Assembly (NCBI RefSeq): GCF_018977255.1
Contig: NW_024704742.1
Coordinates: forward strand, 34,474,001 to 34,538,000
Reading direction: 5' to 3'
DNA from: Callorhinchus milii
Lineage: Eukaryota
DNA length: 64,000 nt
This document shows, piece by piece, positions 34,901-45,262 of this stretch. Position numbers and translations under genes: made by a program. The notes under the pieces are model-generated. The model made no database searches. It was given only the letters and a program-made list of their open reading frames with translations, and had not been told where the DNA came from. Position 1 is the first letter of the stretch, and each line of letters starts with the position of its first letter.

Positions 34901-37468
34901 ATTGACGTTGATTCATTTCCGAAATCACTTCATGGAATAATTTAGGGGAATGACGCTCAACATCAAATCCACACCATCAGGCAGCTTTATACTACACTTT
35001 TAGTGTCAATTTGATGTTGAGTGCCCACTTATCAACTCTGGATAAGTAATGTTAAAAATGGCAATCATGTTAGATCACCGGGAACCAAATTGTCATCACT
35101 GGGATCCAAAACACATCATTCACAACCAGGATTCATTGGTATCTCCAGCTGCTGATGGCGAACTGCTAATTTCAAGACAGCAAAGTCCGAGAATAGTTGT
35201 GAGGGAGATTATTGTTTGCTCTGGATCTTTAAGATTCAGTGGTTAAGCTACAGTGGCTTAGTGGTTCATGCAAGCGAAAGGATCTGGATTCGATTCCCGG
35301 GCAGGACAAAACGTTGGGCAAGTATCTTAACCCCACATACCTTGGTTTATCTAGCAGTAAGTAGGAACCCGGTTGATGGATTGCTTTTCCCGGGGTAATA
35401 ATCCCTTCAAAAAAAATAATTCGGTGACTCAACCCACAACTGTTTGTGAGGGACTGCTGTGCGCAATTGGCTGCCGCGTTTCACCCGTATAATATTCAGT
35501 CAATTCACTTTTCAGTGTATTCTGTGAAGCATTTTGAGACGTCTCAAAGACGTGATAAGACGCTGAATCAAAAATCAAGGATTATTATTATTATTTGCTG
35601 AGAAAATTGAAGGCTTTGTGGCAGCTCCTTGACCTGAAATTCACAATTATTTTTATATCTTTATATCAACCTCTCTGCTCCCTCCGCTCAGCAGGCACCG
35701 ACCTGCTCCACATTCTCCACCCGGCCCACCCCACCGGTCTCTGCCCCCATCCTTTGGAATTCCATCCCACATTCCCTTTGCCTCGCTCCCGCCCTTGCCT
35801 CCTTCAAGGCACATCTCAAGACCCTTCTCTTCGACCACGCCTTCGGCCACCCTCTCTCTGATCCCAACTCCCGGCTCTGGTCCAAATCCCCGACTGTCCA
35901 GCATCTTGGGACTTCCTCGCAATGTGAAGGGCGCTCTACAAATGTACTTTTGTATTGTATGGCATAATAATAATACTTGCATTTGTCATAGTGCCTTATC
36001 ACGTCATTGAGCGGTCTCGAAGCTCTTTACAGGACATACTGTAAAGGAAATTGAAAATGTAGCGCGTGGCGAAACCGGGCAGCCAGTTGCACACAGCAGT
36101 GTCCCACGAACAGCCGTGGAGTGGGAGATCAATATTATTTTTGTGTTACTGTTGCCAAAGGTCACCCGGAGAGAGAGAAACTCCCTTCTCTTTTCCAATA
36201 GTGCCATGGGATCTTTGGTGCCCATTCCAGTCATAAATATAACCTCAATCAAGAGGGAGGGAGGGAGGGAGGGAGGGGATAGTTGCCATTATCATGAACC
36301 CCAATACCTTGAATTGAATCAGAGGCGTTAACATGAACCCCAATACCTTGAATTGAATCAGAGGCGTTAACATGAACCCCAATACCTTGAATTGAATCAG
36401 AGGCGTTAACCCTTCAATCTCCAGTAACCCCCCCCCAAAAAAAAAAATCTTACAAAAACCCACTGCGCTGCTCTGGAGCAAAGTAAGAATAGGCGATCTG
36501 TGTGGGTGTGAAAAGCGAGTGAGAACAGCTCAGAGAGAGGGAGAGAGAGGGAGAGAGAGAGAGGAGAGACAGACAGACACACAGACACACAGACATCCTG
36601 AAGGATGTGAACAGTAAAACCCTCCAGTCACCGCACTCTGGATGCAAACCCGAATCTGCAGCCGGACCCCCCCCCCTCCACCACACACACACACACACAC
36701 ACACACGAGAGAGAGAGAGAGAGAGGGAGAGAGCATAGGCGATGATGATGATGATGATGATGAACATTATTATTATTATCATTATTCTCACTATCATTGC
36801 AGAAGAGCAAAACACCGCACTCACTTCGTCACCCCGTTCTCCACGTAGGTGGTCCTGTAAAAGCCGACCAGGGAGCCCAGCAGAGTGCCCCGGAACCGGA
36901 GGGTGAGGGAGTACCCCTCCGCGGGCTCGAGCTCCCGCTCCAGCTCCACCACCACGTACTCGTGCGCTCGGTACTGGAAGCAGCGGCGGACGGGCAGCGG
37001 GTCCGAGCCCCGGCGGACCCGGGGCCGGGAGGTGATGTTGGCGGCCCTGCTGTGCAGCCACAGGTACCGGGTGGGTTGGGTCACGTTGAGGTGAACGACG
37101 CTGGTCCCGGCGTACGACCCCCCCTCCAGGTCGGGCTGCAGCTCCAGGTCGTAGTGCAGCGGGTGGATGTGGTCCGGGAGGCGAAAGTCGCTCCAGGGTC
37201 CGTCGGCGTCCAGCGCAGGCGGGCACTCGCCGGGCGGGGGCGGGGGCGCCGAGGGGTCGGGCTGGCCTGGGCTGGGGCCGGGGGGGCCGGGGCCGGGGGT
37301 CGTGCCCTGAGGGGTCGGGGGGTCCGCGCAGGCAGCCCCGGGTTTGGTCAGTCCCACTCCCAGCCCGACCGCCAGCCCCACGGCCACAGCCGCGCCGCAC
37401 ACCAGCAGCACCACCTTCCACCTCAGCCCCGGCCGCTTGGGGATCTCGTCGTAGTCCATGTCCAGCAT
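7773..37468 (-). CDS. ENPEP: Glutamyl aminopeptidase (aminopeptidase A, M1 zinc metallopeptidase), complete 20-exon gene span, 956 aa
   Basis: 20 exons placed by hand with GT-AG junctions; phases chain into a stop-free 2871-nt CDS. N-terminal signal anchor, [34 protein letters not shown]-18X-E and DGISYSKG are present. Human ENPEP has 20 exons and 957 aa. Confidence 0.97.
8026..8107 (-). CDS. ENPEP: ENPEP exon 19
   Basis: [39 protein letters not shown]; 82 nt. Confidence 0.95.
9324..9662 (+). mobile_element. tRNA-derived SINE, long subtype
   Basis: Same head and tail, plus the internal CTCTGTTTACCTAGCAGTAAGTAGGAACC block. Confidence 0.88.
9966..10106 (-). CDS. ENPEP: ENPEP exon 18
   Basis: [53 protein letters not shown]; 141 nt. 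Confidence 0.95.
11098..11268 (-). CDS. ENPEP: ENPEP exon 17
   Basis: [56 protein letters not shown]; 171 nt. Confidence 0.95.
11636..11737 (-). CDS. ENPEP: ENPEP exon 16
   Basis: [47 protein letters not shown]; 102 nt. Confidence 0.94.
11831..11904 (-). CDS. ENPEP: ENPEP exon 15
   Basis: [37 protein letters not shown] (weak donor); 74 nt; phase matches exon 16. Confidence 0.9.
12038..12188 (-). CDS. ENPEP: ENPEP exon 14
   Basis: [55 protein letters not shown]; 151 nt. Confidence 0.94.
12918..12973 (-). CDS. ENPEP: ENPEP exon 13
   Basis: [31 protein letters not shown]; 56 nt. Confidence 0.94.
13495..13628 (-). CDS. ENPEP: ENPEP exon 12
   Basis: [50 protein letters not shown]; 134 nt. Confidence 0.93.
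13742..14083 (-). mobile_element. tRNA-derived SINE, long subtype
   Basis: Reverse complement of the same family. Confidence 0.88.
14350..14690 (-). mobile_element. CR1 LINE 3' end fragment
   Basis: GAATCATAGAATC tail; AGGAGGCCATTCGGCCC 3'UTR motif; reverse-strand [13 protein letters not shown]. Confidence 0.8.
15413..15495 (-). CDS. ENPEP: ENPEP exon 11
   Basis: [40 protein letters not shown]; 83 nt. Confidence 0.93.
16466..16617 (-). CDS. ENPEP: ENPEP exon 10
   Basis: [22 protein letters not shown]...[24 protein letters not shown]; 152 nt. Confidence 0.95.
16798..16863 (-). CDS. ENPEP: ENPEP exon 9
   Basis: [32 protein letters not shown]; 66 nt. Confidence 0.95.
17251..17316 (-). CDS. 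ENPEP: ENPEP exon 8
   Basis: [33 protein letters not shown]; 66 nt. Confidence 0.95.
18229..18363 (-). CDS. ENPEP: ENPEP exon 7
   Basis: [50 protein letters not shown]; 135 nt. Confidence 0.96.
19887..20000 (-). CDS. ENPEP: ENPEP exon 6 (third zinc ligand Glu)
   Basis: [44 protein letters not shown]; 114 nt. Confidence 0.97.
20239..20537 (+). mobile_element. tRNA(Ala)-derived SINE, short subtype
   Basis: A box TAGCTCAGTGG, B box GGTTCAATTCC, body, L2-like tail, (TTA)n; head nearly identical to the copy at 52198. Confidence 0.9.
20875..21029 (-). CDS. ENPEP: ENPEP exon 5 (GAMEN and HEXXH motifs)
   Basis: [30 protein letters not shown]...[13 protein letters not shown] flanks; 155 nt. Confidence 0.97.
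21301..21690 (-). mobile_element. L2 LINE 3' end fragment
   Basis: Reverse complement of the L2 tail seen at 5500-5868; [16 protein letters not shown]...[13 protein letters not shown]. Confidence 0.85.
21955..22130 (+). mobile_element. CR1 reverse-transcriptase internal fragment
   Basis: Degenerate [14 protein letters not shown]...WIQN motif. Confidence 0.6.
22140..22790 (-). mobile_element. L2 LINE reverse-transcriptase fragment
   Basis: [40 protein letters not shown]...[10 protein letters not shown]. Confidence 0.9.
23071..23191 (-). CDS. ENPEP: ENPEP exon 4
   Basis: [52 protein letters not shown]; 121 nt. Confidence 0.96.
23812..24103. repeat. C-rich low-complexity degenerate tandem repeat (CCCCC(A/G)TCTGT units) in intron 3
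   Basis: Directly visible. Confidence 0.85.
24842..24973 (-). CDS. ENPEP: ENPEP exon 3
   Basis: [56 protein letters not shown]; 132 nt. Confidence 0.96.
25401..25542 (-). CDS. ENPEP: ENPEP exon 2
   Basis: [59 protein letters not shown]; 142 nt. Confidence 0.96.
26340..26855 (+). mobile_element. L2 LINE 3' fragment
   Basis: [10 protein letters not shown] and [19 protein letters not shown] sequence, homologous to 5200-5700. Confidence 0.8.
28243..28616. repeat. Unclassified dispersed repeat of about 300-390 bp; other copies at 25940-26325 (same orientation) and 33804-34103 (inverted)
   Basis: Shared blocks GGAGTCTAAC.AGCTAAAA, GGCAAGC.TTCCTGCT, CCCTACCCATTAG and GTCACCTTG. Confidence 0.8.
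31356..31796. mobile_element. Non-autonomous hAT (Charlie-like) DNA transposon / MITE
   Basis: TIRs CAGGGTGGTCCAA and TTGGACCACCCTA; 8-bp TSD GTCTAGGC / GTCTTGGC. Confidence 0.8.
34548..34845 (+). mobile_element. tRNA-derived SINE, short subtype
   Basis: Family homology; (TTA)n tail. Confidence 0.85.
35246..35595 (+). mobile_element. tRNA-derived SINE, long subtype
   Basis: Family homology; internal CTAGCAGTAAGTAGGAACC block. Confidence 0.85.
36293..36409. repeat. 39-bp minisatellite, 3 perfect copies
   Basis: (CATGAACCCCAATACCTTGAATTGAATCAGAGGCGTTAA)x3. Confidence 0.95.
36530..36790. repeat. Compound microsatellite cluster (GA)n, (CA)n, (GAT)n, (TTA)n at the start of ENPEP intron 1
   Basis: Directly visible. 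Confidence 0.95.
36825..37468 (-). CDS. ENPEP: ENPEP exon 1 (cytoplasmic tail, transmembrane anchor, Pro-rich stalk, start of domain I)
   Basis: [40 protein letters not shown]...[14 protein letters not shown]...[14 protein letters not shown]; donor AA|GTGAGT. An alternative in-frame ATG lies at 37459. Confidence 0.92.
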
Positions 37469-37750
37469 GTTCCTGCACTGGCACTGCACTGCACTGGCAC
37501 TGGCACTGCACTGGCACTGGCAGCTGGGGGTGTTGGGGGTGTTGGGGTTGGGGGGTTTAATCAGCAACAGCCTCGGCTCTGCTCTGCTCGGCTCTGCTCG
37601 GTCTCGGGTCAGATACAAATCGAGTAACGTGTCGGTCAGCAGTATTTGCAGCTGATGGGTTCCTCTCCCATCCGCAGGGGCTGAAGTGCACTCGGTTTCC
37701 TCCCCGGATCGGGAATGCAACAACGCAAATCCGATCCGTTCTGGGCTCCT
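36825..37750. promoter_or_regulatory. CpG island over ENPEP exon 1 / 5' end
   Basis: Very GC- and CpG-rich stretch in an otherwise AT-rich, CpG-poor window; coincides with the first coding exon. Confidence 0.75.
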
Positions 37751-37763
37751 TTTTTTTGTTTTG

Positions 37764-38277
37764 CTAACCCCAACCCCCAAACCCCCCCCCCCACACCCAC
37801 ACACACACACCACACCCCATCCCCACACCCACACCCCCCCCACACCCACACACACACCACACCCCATCCCCACACACACACACACCCCCCCCCCCCACCC
37901 ACACACACCACACACACACACACCACACCACCCACACACACACACACACACACCCCCCCCCACCCACACACACACCACACCCCATCCCCACACACACACC
38001 CCCACACCCACACACACACACACACCACACCCCATCCCCACACACACACCCCATCCCCCCCCCCACCCACACACACACACACACCACACCCCATCCCCAC
38101 ACACCCCCCACACACACACCACACCCCATCCCCACACCCCCCCCACACACCCACACACACACCACACCCCATCCCCACACCCCCCCCACACACACCCACA
38201 CACACACCACACCCCATCCCCACACCCCCCCCACACACACCCACACACACACCACACCCCATCCCCACACACACCCA
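37764..38277. repeat. Complex C/A-rich minisatellite (CACCACACCCCATCCCCACAC units plus (CA)n) upstream of ENPEP
   Basis: About 510 bp of almost only C and A, with a recurring CCCCATCCCC core. Confidence 0.95.
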
Positions 38278-38989
38278 AAAAAAAGCATCGTTATTGACTT
38301 CCAGCACAAATTGATGGCTCAGTATCGAACTTCATCTTTGATGTATTGTTATTATTATTGATGCTCAATAATTTCCGGAACTTTCGTGTTTTTTTCTAAA
38401 ACTTTGAAAAACAGACATCTGCAGAACTGAGTAAAATCGCGTTTAATCGGTGAATTATTTCCCCACCCTTTCCCTTTACGATTGGTCCTTGCGATTGCTG
38501 ATACTTTTTCTTTCTCCTTTGCACGACTTACTTCAAAACCGGATCCATGTCCAGTTGAGGTCGAGGACATAAATCAGCCAGAAAACATATATTTATGAAC
38601 TCAGAAACTAAGAGGTTTTTTTTTTGCACCAAGTCCTTCCGACATAGAGGCGCCTTCCGACATTTGCCTTCATAAATCTAGAAGTGGCTAATTCATCACC
38701 AACTAGACTTTCTTTTGGGTACATACATTAACCCTAAGTGAAATATTGTTTTCCCTGATCTCAGAATCTTGCTGTTTGGCCAACTATCCTAAATGAGTCA
38801 CTGTTTCATGTCCCAATTACACTTCTGTTGGCATTTTTTCGCCAACTTAATACAGTCAATCCACTTTACAGTGTAACCTGTGAACCGATGTGAGACATCT
38901 CAATGATATAAGATGCTATATCAAATGCAAAGATTATTATTATTTTCTTTGTCTCTCACCGATGCTCCATGTAACTCTGCTATTTGTTG

Positions 38990-39495
38990 CATCATCCACC
39001 ATTCAGAAGTACAACTGACTCAAAACTCCGCTGTCTGCATCCCCACCCACCCCAAACTCCGCATCCCCATCACTCCAGTCCTTGCCAGGCTCCATTGGCT
39101 TCCTGTCGCAGAACTGATTGATTTTAAGATCCTCACACTCACCTGCAAATCACTTAATCTCCTATCACCTCCCAACCTCTTCAACCTGCTCACTCTCCAC
39201 TCCACCCAGCTCCTTCGTTCGGCTGTCTTGGTCTTCTGAGTGTCCTCCTACCTTTCCACTCCATCACCGGCCATGCTGCCTTCAACCACTCCATCCCAAG
39301 CTTCTGGAAGTCCCCGCCTCAGGCCCTCTGCCTTGACCCTTCTTCCCCATCTTCGAATCTCACCTGAAGACTTTCATCTTTGATCGTACCTATGATCACT
39401 TACCTTTCTAACTCGGCATCAAACTCCACCATTGTTCAGCACTCCGAGATGCCACCCTATGTGAAGGGCATGATATAAATGCGAGTTATTGTCGT
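38990..39495 (+). mobile_element. Old L2 LINE 3' fragment
   Basis: ITPVLARLHWLPV...IDFKIL; degenerate tail. Confidence 0.75.
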
Positions 39496-39899
39496 TAATT
39501 TGGAGTCAGTTTTCCCTCAGTTGCTAACATGGAAATGGTCCTAAGGCTAAGAGCATGAGAAACTTCAGGCCACAGATTTCTATCACAGAAAGAACTGATT
39601 GTCTCCACAGTTGTTTGCTAAGCAGAGAACTATAACAGGCAGTCCAAAGCCAGGAGCAGAATTGCAACCATAAATTTTAAGTATTAATGTGTGAAGCTCT
39701 GTTTCATTTTGGAGCATTGAACAGTAAAACCACACTTGTACTGTTTAACCATTTGCCACTTCCTCCAATGATGTACATGTAGAAAGTTTGAAACAGTGTT
39801 CTTTAATGTTGTGGAAGAATTTGTCAAGTGACCAATTCTTTAATAGCATTAAAAAGATCAGAATTCCATTTATTGTATGGCTCAAGATTGTCAATGGAC

Positions 39900-41515
39900 C
39901 ATGGGGAGCAAGCCCGAGCGGAGGCAGCAAACAGGCTGATATGGGATAATGAGGTCAGAGAGGTAGGGGGAGCAAGACCGTGGATGGCCTTGAAGGTAAG
40001 GAAAAGGGTTTTGTACTTGATTCTCTGAGGAATGGGGATCCAGTGAAGCTATGCAAGAACAGGGATGATAGGTTCCTGGAGCCTGGTGCGGGAGAGGACA
40101 TGAGCTGCAGAGTTCTGAATAATTTGCAGCTTGTGGAGGGAAGAGTTGGGAAGTCCAGTGAGCAGGCAGTTGGCGTAGTCAAGCCGAGATTTAATGCAGT
40201 GAGAGGCAGTGGTGAATGTGGGCATTGCGGCAGAGGTGTGGAAAGGCGGAATGGGTCACGGCACAAATGTGGAGTTTGAAGGATAGCTGAGGGTCGAAAA
40301 GGAGACCGAGGTTTCGGATTGGCTCGGTGAGGTGAAGAAAGCAGCCATGAATGGTGATAGTGCCAGAGGCTGAGGCTCTGCCTGGAGCCAAGCAGGAGGG
40401 CCTCTGTCTTGCCAACATTACTTGTCCAGGACTTGATGGCAGACAGACAATTAGCCAGGACATTAACGGTCATGGAGTCGAGGGTGGAGGCGGAGAGATA
40501 GAGTTGGGTGTCATCCGCATACATGTGGAAATTGACCCCATGGCTGCGGATGACATTGCCGAGGGGGAGCATGTATAGATTGAAGAGGAGGGGACCGAGG
40601 ACAGAGCCATGATGGCCACCATACATGACAATGTGGAGGCTGTAGGAGAAGCCATGGGTGGCCACGAAGTACAGATGGTGGGATAGGTAGGATTGGAGCC
40701 AGGCAAGAACAGAACCATTGAGGTGGAGATGAGAGGAGAGGCGGTGGAGAAGTATAGAGTAGTCAATGGTATCGAAAGCAGCCGAGAGGTGAAGAAAGAC
40801 AAGGAGTCAGAGAGAGCCCTGGTCTCAGGTGGACAGAATGTCATTTGTCACTTTGACCAGGGCTGTCTCTGCGCTGTGAGCAGCACGAGATCCAGATTGG
40901 AGGGGTTCATGGTGGGAATGCAGGGAGAGGAAAGCGAAGTTGGGAAGCGATGACTCATTCTTTGACCTTTGATCGAGAAGGAAGGTTAGAAATGGGGCAG
41001 TAGTTGGAGAGCAGAGATGGGTGAACGGAAGGCTTTTTAAGGATAGGGGGATGGCAGCTGTCTTTAGGGGGATGGGTACAGTGCCAGTGGACAGGGAGAG
41101 GTTAACAAGGTCTGTTAGGAGGCCAAGGAGGTGGAGCTGAGACATGAGGAGAGGGGTAGGGATGGGGTCAAAGGAGCAGGTGGTGGGTTTCATTTGGGAA
41201 ATAATGGAGGTGAGGGCCGAGGGGGAGACAGGGTCCAAAATATAGAGGGAGGCATGGGTGGGGGCTTGAAGAGGAGCGGGAGGTGGGAACAGGGTGCCGG
41301 TAGAGGGGCTAGAGGTGGCAGAGCAGATCACCTCAACTTTGGAGTCGAGGAAATGCATCATCTCCTCGCATTTGGTGTTGGAGTAGAGGATGGCAGAAGG
41401 AGTTGGTTTATGGTAGAAGAGAAGAGTTTGGGGTTGTCCTTAGCTTCCAAGATGATTTTTGAATAACAGGATGATTTAGCTGAGGCGAGGGCAGCGTGGT
41501 AGGTCTTGGTGCAGT
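39900..41515 (-). mobile_element. L2 LINE ORF2 fragment
   Basis: [50 protein letters not shown]...HMYADDTQLYLS. Confidence 0.9.
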
Positions 41516-42825
41516 CCTCGCTTTCCTCTCCCAGCATTCCCACCATGAACCCCTCCAATCTGGATCTCGTGCTGCTCACAGCACAGAGACAACCCTGGTC
41601 AAAGTGACAAATGACATTCTGTCCATCTGCGACCAGGGCTCTGTCTGACTCCTTGTCTTTCTTCACCTCTCGGCCACTTTCGACACCATTGATGCCCACC
41701 CCCCACTCCTTGCCCAGCCAACCTCCAATCTGGTATCGAAAGCGGCCGAGAGGTGTCCTCCATGTGAAAGATGCTATATCAAATGCACCGCTTATTATAT
41801 TATTATTTCATTATTTGTTGAGAATTTCATCTGAATATCACGTCAATACATTTCCAGATTAATGCATAGTTGTTATCCTTTTCTCTGTCTTGCTCAAAGG
41901 CAGCTCTGAGGAATTCTCCAAAACACAGCAGTTAAAAGTGATGCAACACAAGTAAGTATGTATTCCCAATTCCACAAATAGTGAGCCTCTGACTTCAATT
42001 TAACTGCAGAAAATGTATTCAAACACTTCCCACAGGAGGGGAAAGGACGTCTAAAAGGCCAATATTCTTTTAAAGCTATTACTCCTATAGTTTTAATAAA
42101 GTCCACTGATCTTCTTTTGAGATTCTACAATAAGTCTTTCTCCTAATAAATTTTCTTCCCTGAGCAGCAGAGGAGAGTAAACAGCATTGAAAGCCAACCT
42201 TGGCAACATCTTCTGGCCAAACAGTTCATAATGGATCCAGAAAATCAGGCAGCACATATCCCGAGGGACAGTTAAAATACTGGGTTTCATTACAATATTA
42301 ATATTGTTCTTATGTTATGTCATAAATTTAAAAAGGTGTTATTTGGATTTGGAAAATGCTGCAACGCTCATTAAAAAATGTGTTTACCCTGAACAAAGCA
42401 ATATTAAATTTAAATATGTAACCACTCTGCAGTCTAAGAAATATTAATCCATCAATGGTTACTTTTTTTTTACAATTATATTGGAGGCAAGCGTCAGAAA
42501 GAGAACGATTAGGTTGAGGTTCATAAGAAAGAAAAATCCCCACAACTCTAATGGTTTGATGGCTGGAGTTGAAGCTTACTCTGCTGAAGCCCTCTGCCTC
42601 CTTGTCCTCCTAGATCTCTCTGCCGTGTTCGACACAGTTGACCAAGCCACCTCCACTCCCTCATCCACCTTAGTGGGACTGCACTCGCATGGTTCAAGTT
42701 CTACTTAACCAACCCCCTCCAATTCATCTTGGCAAATGATTTCTCCTCCCATCCCCGCCTGGTCACCTGCGGGGTACCCCAGGGCTCCATCCTTGACCCC
42801 CTTCTTTTCCTCATCCATGATGCAT

Positions 42826-43139
42826 GGAGTCCTGTAGCTCAATGGTTAGACCACTCGCCTTGCAAGCGAGAGACTTGGGTTTGATTCCCGGCAGGGCAAA
42901 ACTTTGGGCAAGTTTCCTTACTCCACATGCCTGATAATAATCCTTCAAAAAAAAAATAACAAAATTGGTCACTTCAATCCACGACTGTTTGTGGGACACT
43001 GCTGTGCGCAATTGGCTGGTATGTTTCACCCACAAGTATACAGTCAATTCACTTTACAGTGCATTCTGTGAAGCGCTTTGAGACATCTAGAAGACGTGAA
43101 AAGCACTATATCAAATGCAAGGATTGTTATTATTATTAT
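42826..43139 (+). mobile_element. tRNA(Ala)-derived SINE, short subtype
   Basis: GGAGTCCTGTAGCTCAATGG head, CTCGC-CTTGCAA-GCGAG arm, (TTA)n tail. Confidence 0.9.
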
Positions 43140-44642
43140 ATGTTCATTTGTAAAGTGCCTGTGCGATGCTCCCCACAGTCAAATAATCCGCCGGGTCCCA
43201 CAGTGATTGATGACCTAGGCACGTTATTGGTAGATGGCGTTTGCGAGTGTAAACGTACTCCAGGATGTTTCAGCACTTTTAGGGATAAGAGAAAAAAATT
43301 GAAGGAGGAAAAAAAACCATCCTTATTCAGAATAAAAGCAGCAAGAACTCATAAACAAATAAGACCCCCTAGTGATTTTTACTCTGAGAAAAGAAAGATC
43401 TGATGGCAGTGTAATAACTTTCCCGTCCTAATTCTTGAAGACTTGCAGGGACTCGCTCCCGTGCTGGTTAGATGTGCACTCTGCTCTCGAGGCCACTCAA
43501 CGAGATGACTAATCAGTTTCTACACGGCTTCCCATGTCGATAAGAATCATCCTTATTGCTCCTCAACAGCACAAACTGTCTCCCTCTCAACTGCAATTAC
43601 AAGTAATCTGATGGACTTTGTTTTTTATATGATTAGGTTACTTAAGTTCATATCAATGCTGTCCATTATCTCAGTTCTTCATACCAGGTTAATATAAGAT
43701 ACAGGATCACAAAGATTATAATGCTTTGCTTACGAGCGAATCTTTTACTGATGTAGACAGAACTGTGTGTAGATAAGACCTTAGAATTACCAAAATCTCA
43801 TTTGCACATAGCTGATTGTTCATTCTGAAAACAGATATTGTTTGGAATAAGAATCTAATACAAGATCACAAAATTGGTTTGGATGAAGCAGACATTTCAG
43901 CCTATTTGATCTCATCCTCATTGTATATGTTTCAATCTACATGCCTTGTTTGCTCAAATAATGCACGGATATATGCATTCTGCCACACATCCTTAGAAAA
44001 TCAGCGCTTCAATCATGGATGCAAAGTAATCATGTGCCTTTGACTCAATATCCAAAAATGTATATGAAAGCAAAACTCTGGATTGGTCTCCATTACAATA
44101 ACCATTTGCGGAAAGTAACACAAATATTTTGTAAAGTTCCAATCAACTTTCACTGTGGTCCAAATTTTTTTTTGTAAATTTTTTTTTCTCTTATTTGTTT
44201 GATCATTTGTACCATGTGTGGCCAAGGGATGAAATGAGTAACCTGCATCCGAGTATCAATCAGTGCCAGTCTGAAACTGGGTGCTGAGGGCTGATTTTCA
44301 GAAGTAGCCTCAGAAAGGATCCTTGCTTTTTCCATTTCCTGTGGGTAATTCTACAATTTACTCATTATTAAGGTCAAAATCAGTAACTGCTCTTAGTGGT
44401 TCTGGATTCACCTCCATTTTCCCTCCTTTCTTGTAAGGAAGAGCCTGATCTCCACCTATTGCCATCTAGAGAGTACAGCTATAGTCAATAACTCAGCACA
44501 TGGAACACAGGAAGCGAGCACAAGTCCAACTGATTTGTGATGCACCTGACTTTTAGTGATGTCCTTCCATTTAGAATTGTATTTCTGCTGATTTGATGTG
44601 GAATTATTGTATAATAATTTTCCTTGCATTTGCTTACATTGG

Positions 44643-45262
44643 GTGTCGGCCTAGCTTGGCTGGTATCACTCTCACCTCTGATTCTGAAGGTTGGGGATTC
44701 AAGCCCCATGTAAGATCTTTGAACTCACATAGTCTAGGCTGACATTACAATGCTCTGCTGGGGTGCACTGTATTGTTGAAGGAGTTGCCTTCAGATGAGA
44801 TGTTAAACCGAGGTCCACTTTTACATCTCCAGTCTGGGTGCACTGAAATCCTCTGAAGTGTTTGTTAACCCGACACTCTCACCTCTTGAGTCAGAAAGCG
44901 AAGGTTCAAGCCCCACTTTGCGACTTGGAATCACATAGTCTAAGCTGACATTCTAATGCTGTGCTGGGGGTGTGTTGCATTATCAGAGGTGCCATCCTTT
45001 AGATAAGAGGGTTAAACCTAGTTTGTCTGTTCAGGCGGACATTAAAGATCCCATTGCACCATTCAAAAAGAGAAGGGAATTTCACCCAGTGTCAAGGCCA
45101 ATAATCCCCTAAATAAAATCGGTCACACATTTCAGGGCTCTATGTGCAAATTGGCTGTCATTTTGGCCTGCAACATAGTCACTACACTTTGCAGTAAATC
45201 CTGTGAAGCACTTTGAGACATCCTTCTGATGTGGAAGGTGCAATATTAAATGTAAAGATTAT
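44643..45262 (+). mobile_element. Deu-domain-type SINE with two tandem 5' halves
   Basis: Head to GTTAAACC at 44643-44815, repeated from about 44873, followed by a single 3' half. Confidence 0.7.

Noticed and set aside
36293..36409. CRISPR-like repeat array
   Set aside because: Units are head-to-tail with no spacers, there are no cas genes, and the context is a vertebrate intron.
37554..37568. HNF1-like site GTTTAATCAGCAAC near the ENPEP start
   Set aside because: Several mismatches to the consensus; not distinguishable from chance.
36450..38314. Several long ORFs (355, 276, 223, 203, 199 and 181 aa) and the N-terminal 270 aa of the 485-aa ORF
   Set aside because: They come from stop-poor microsatellite or GC-rich sequence and from alternative frames of exon 1. 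Only the part from MLDMDY onward is ENPEP-like.
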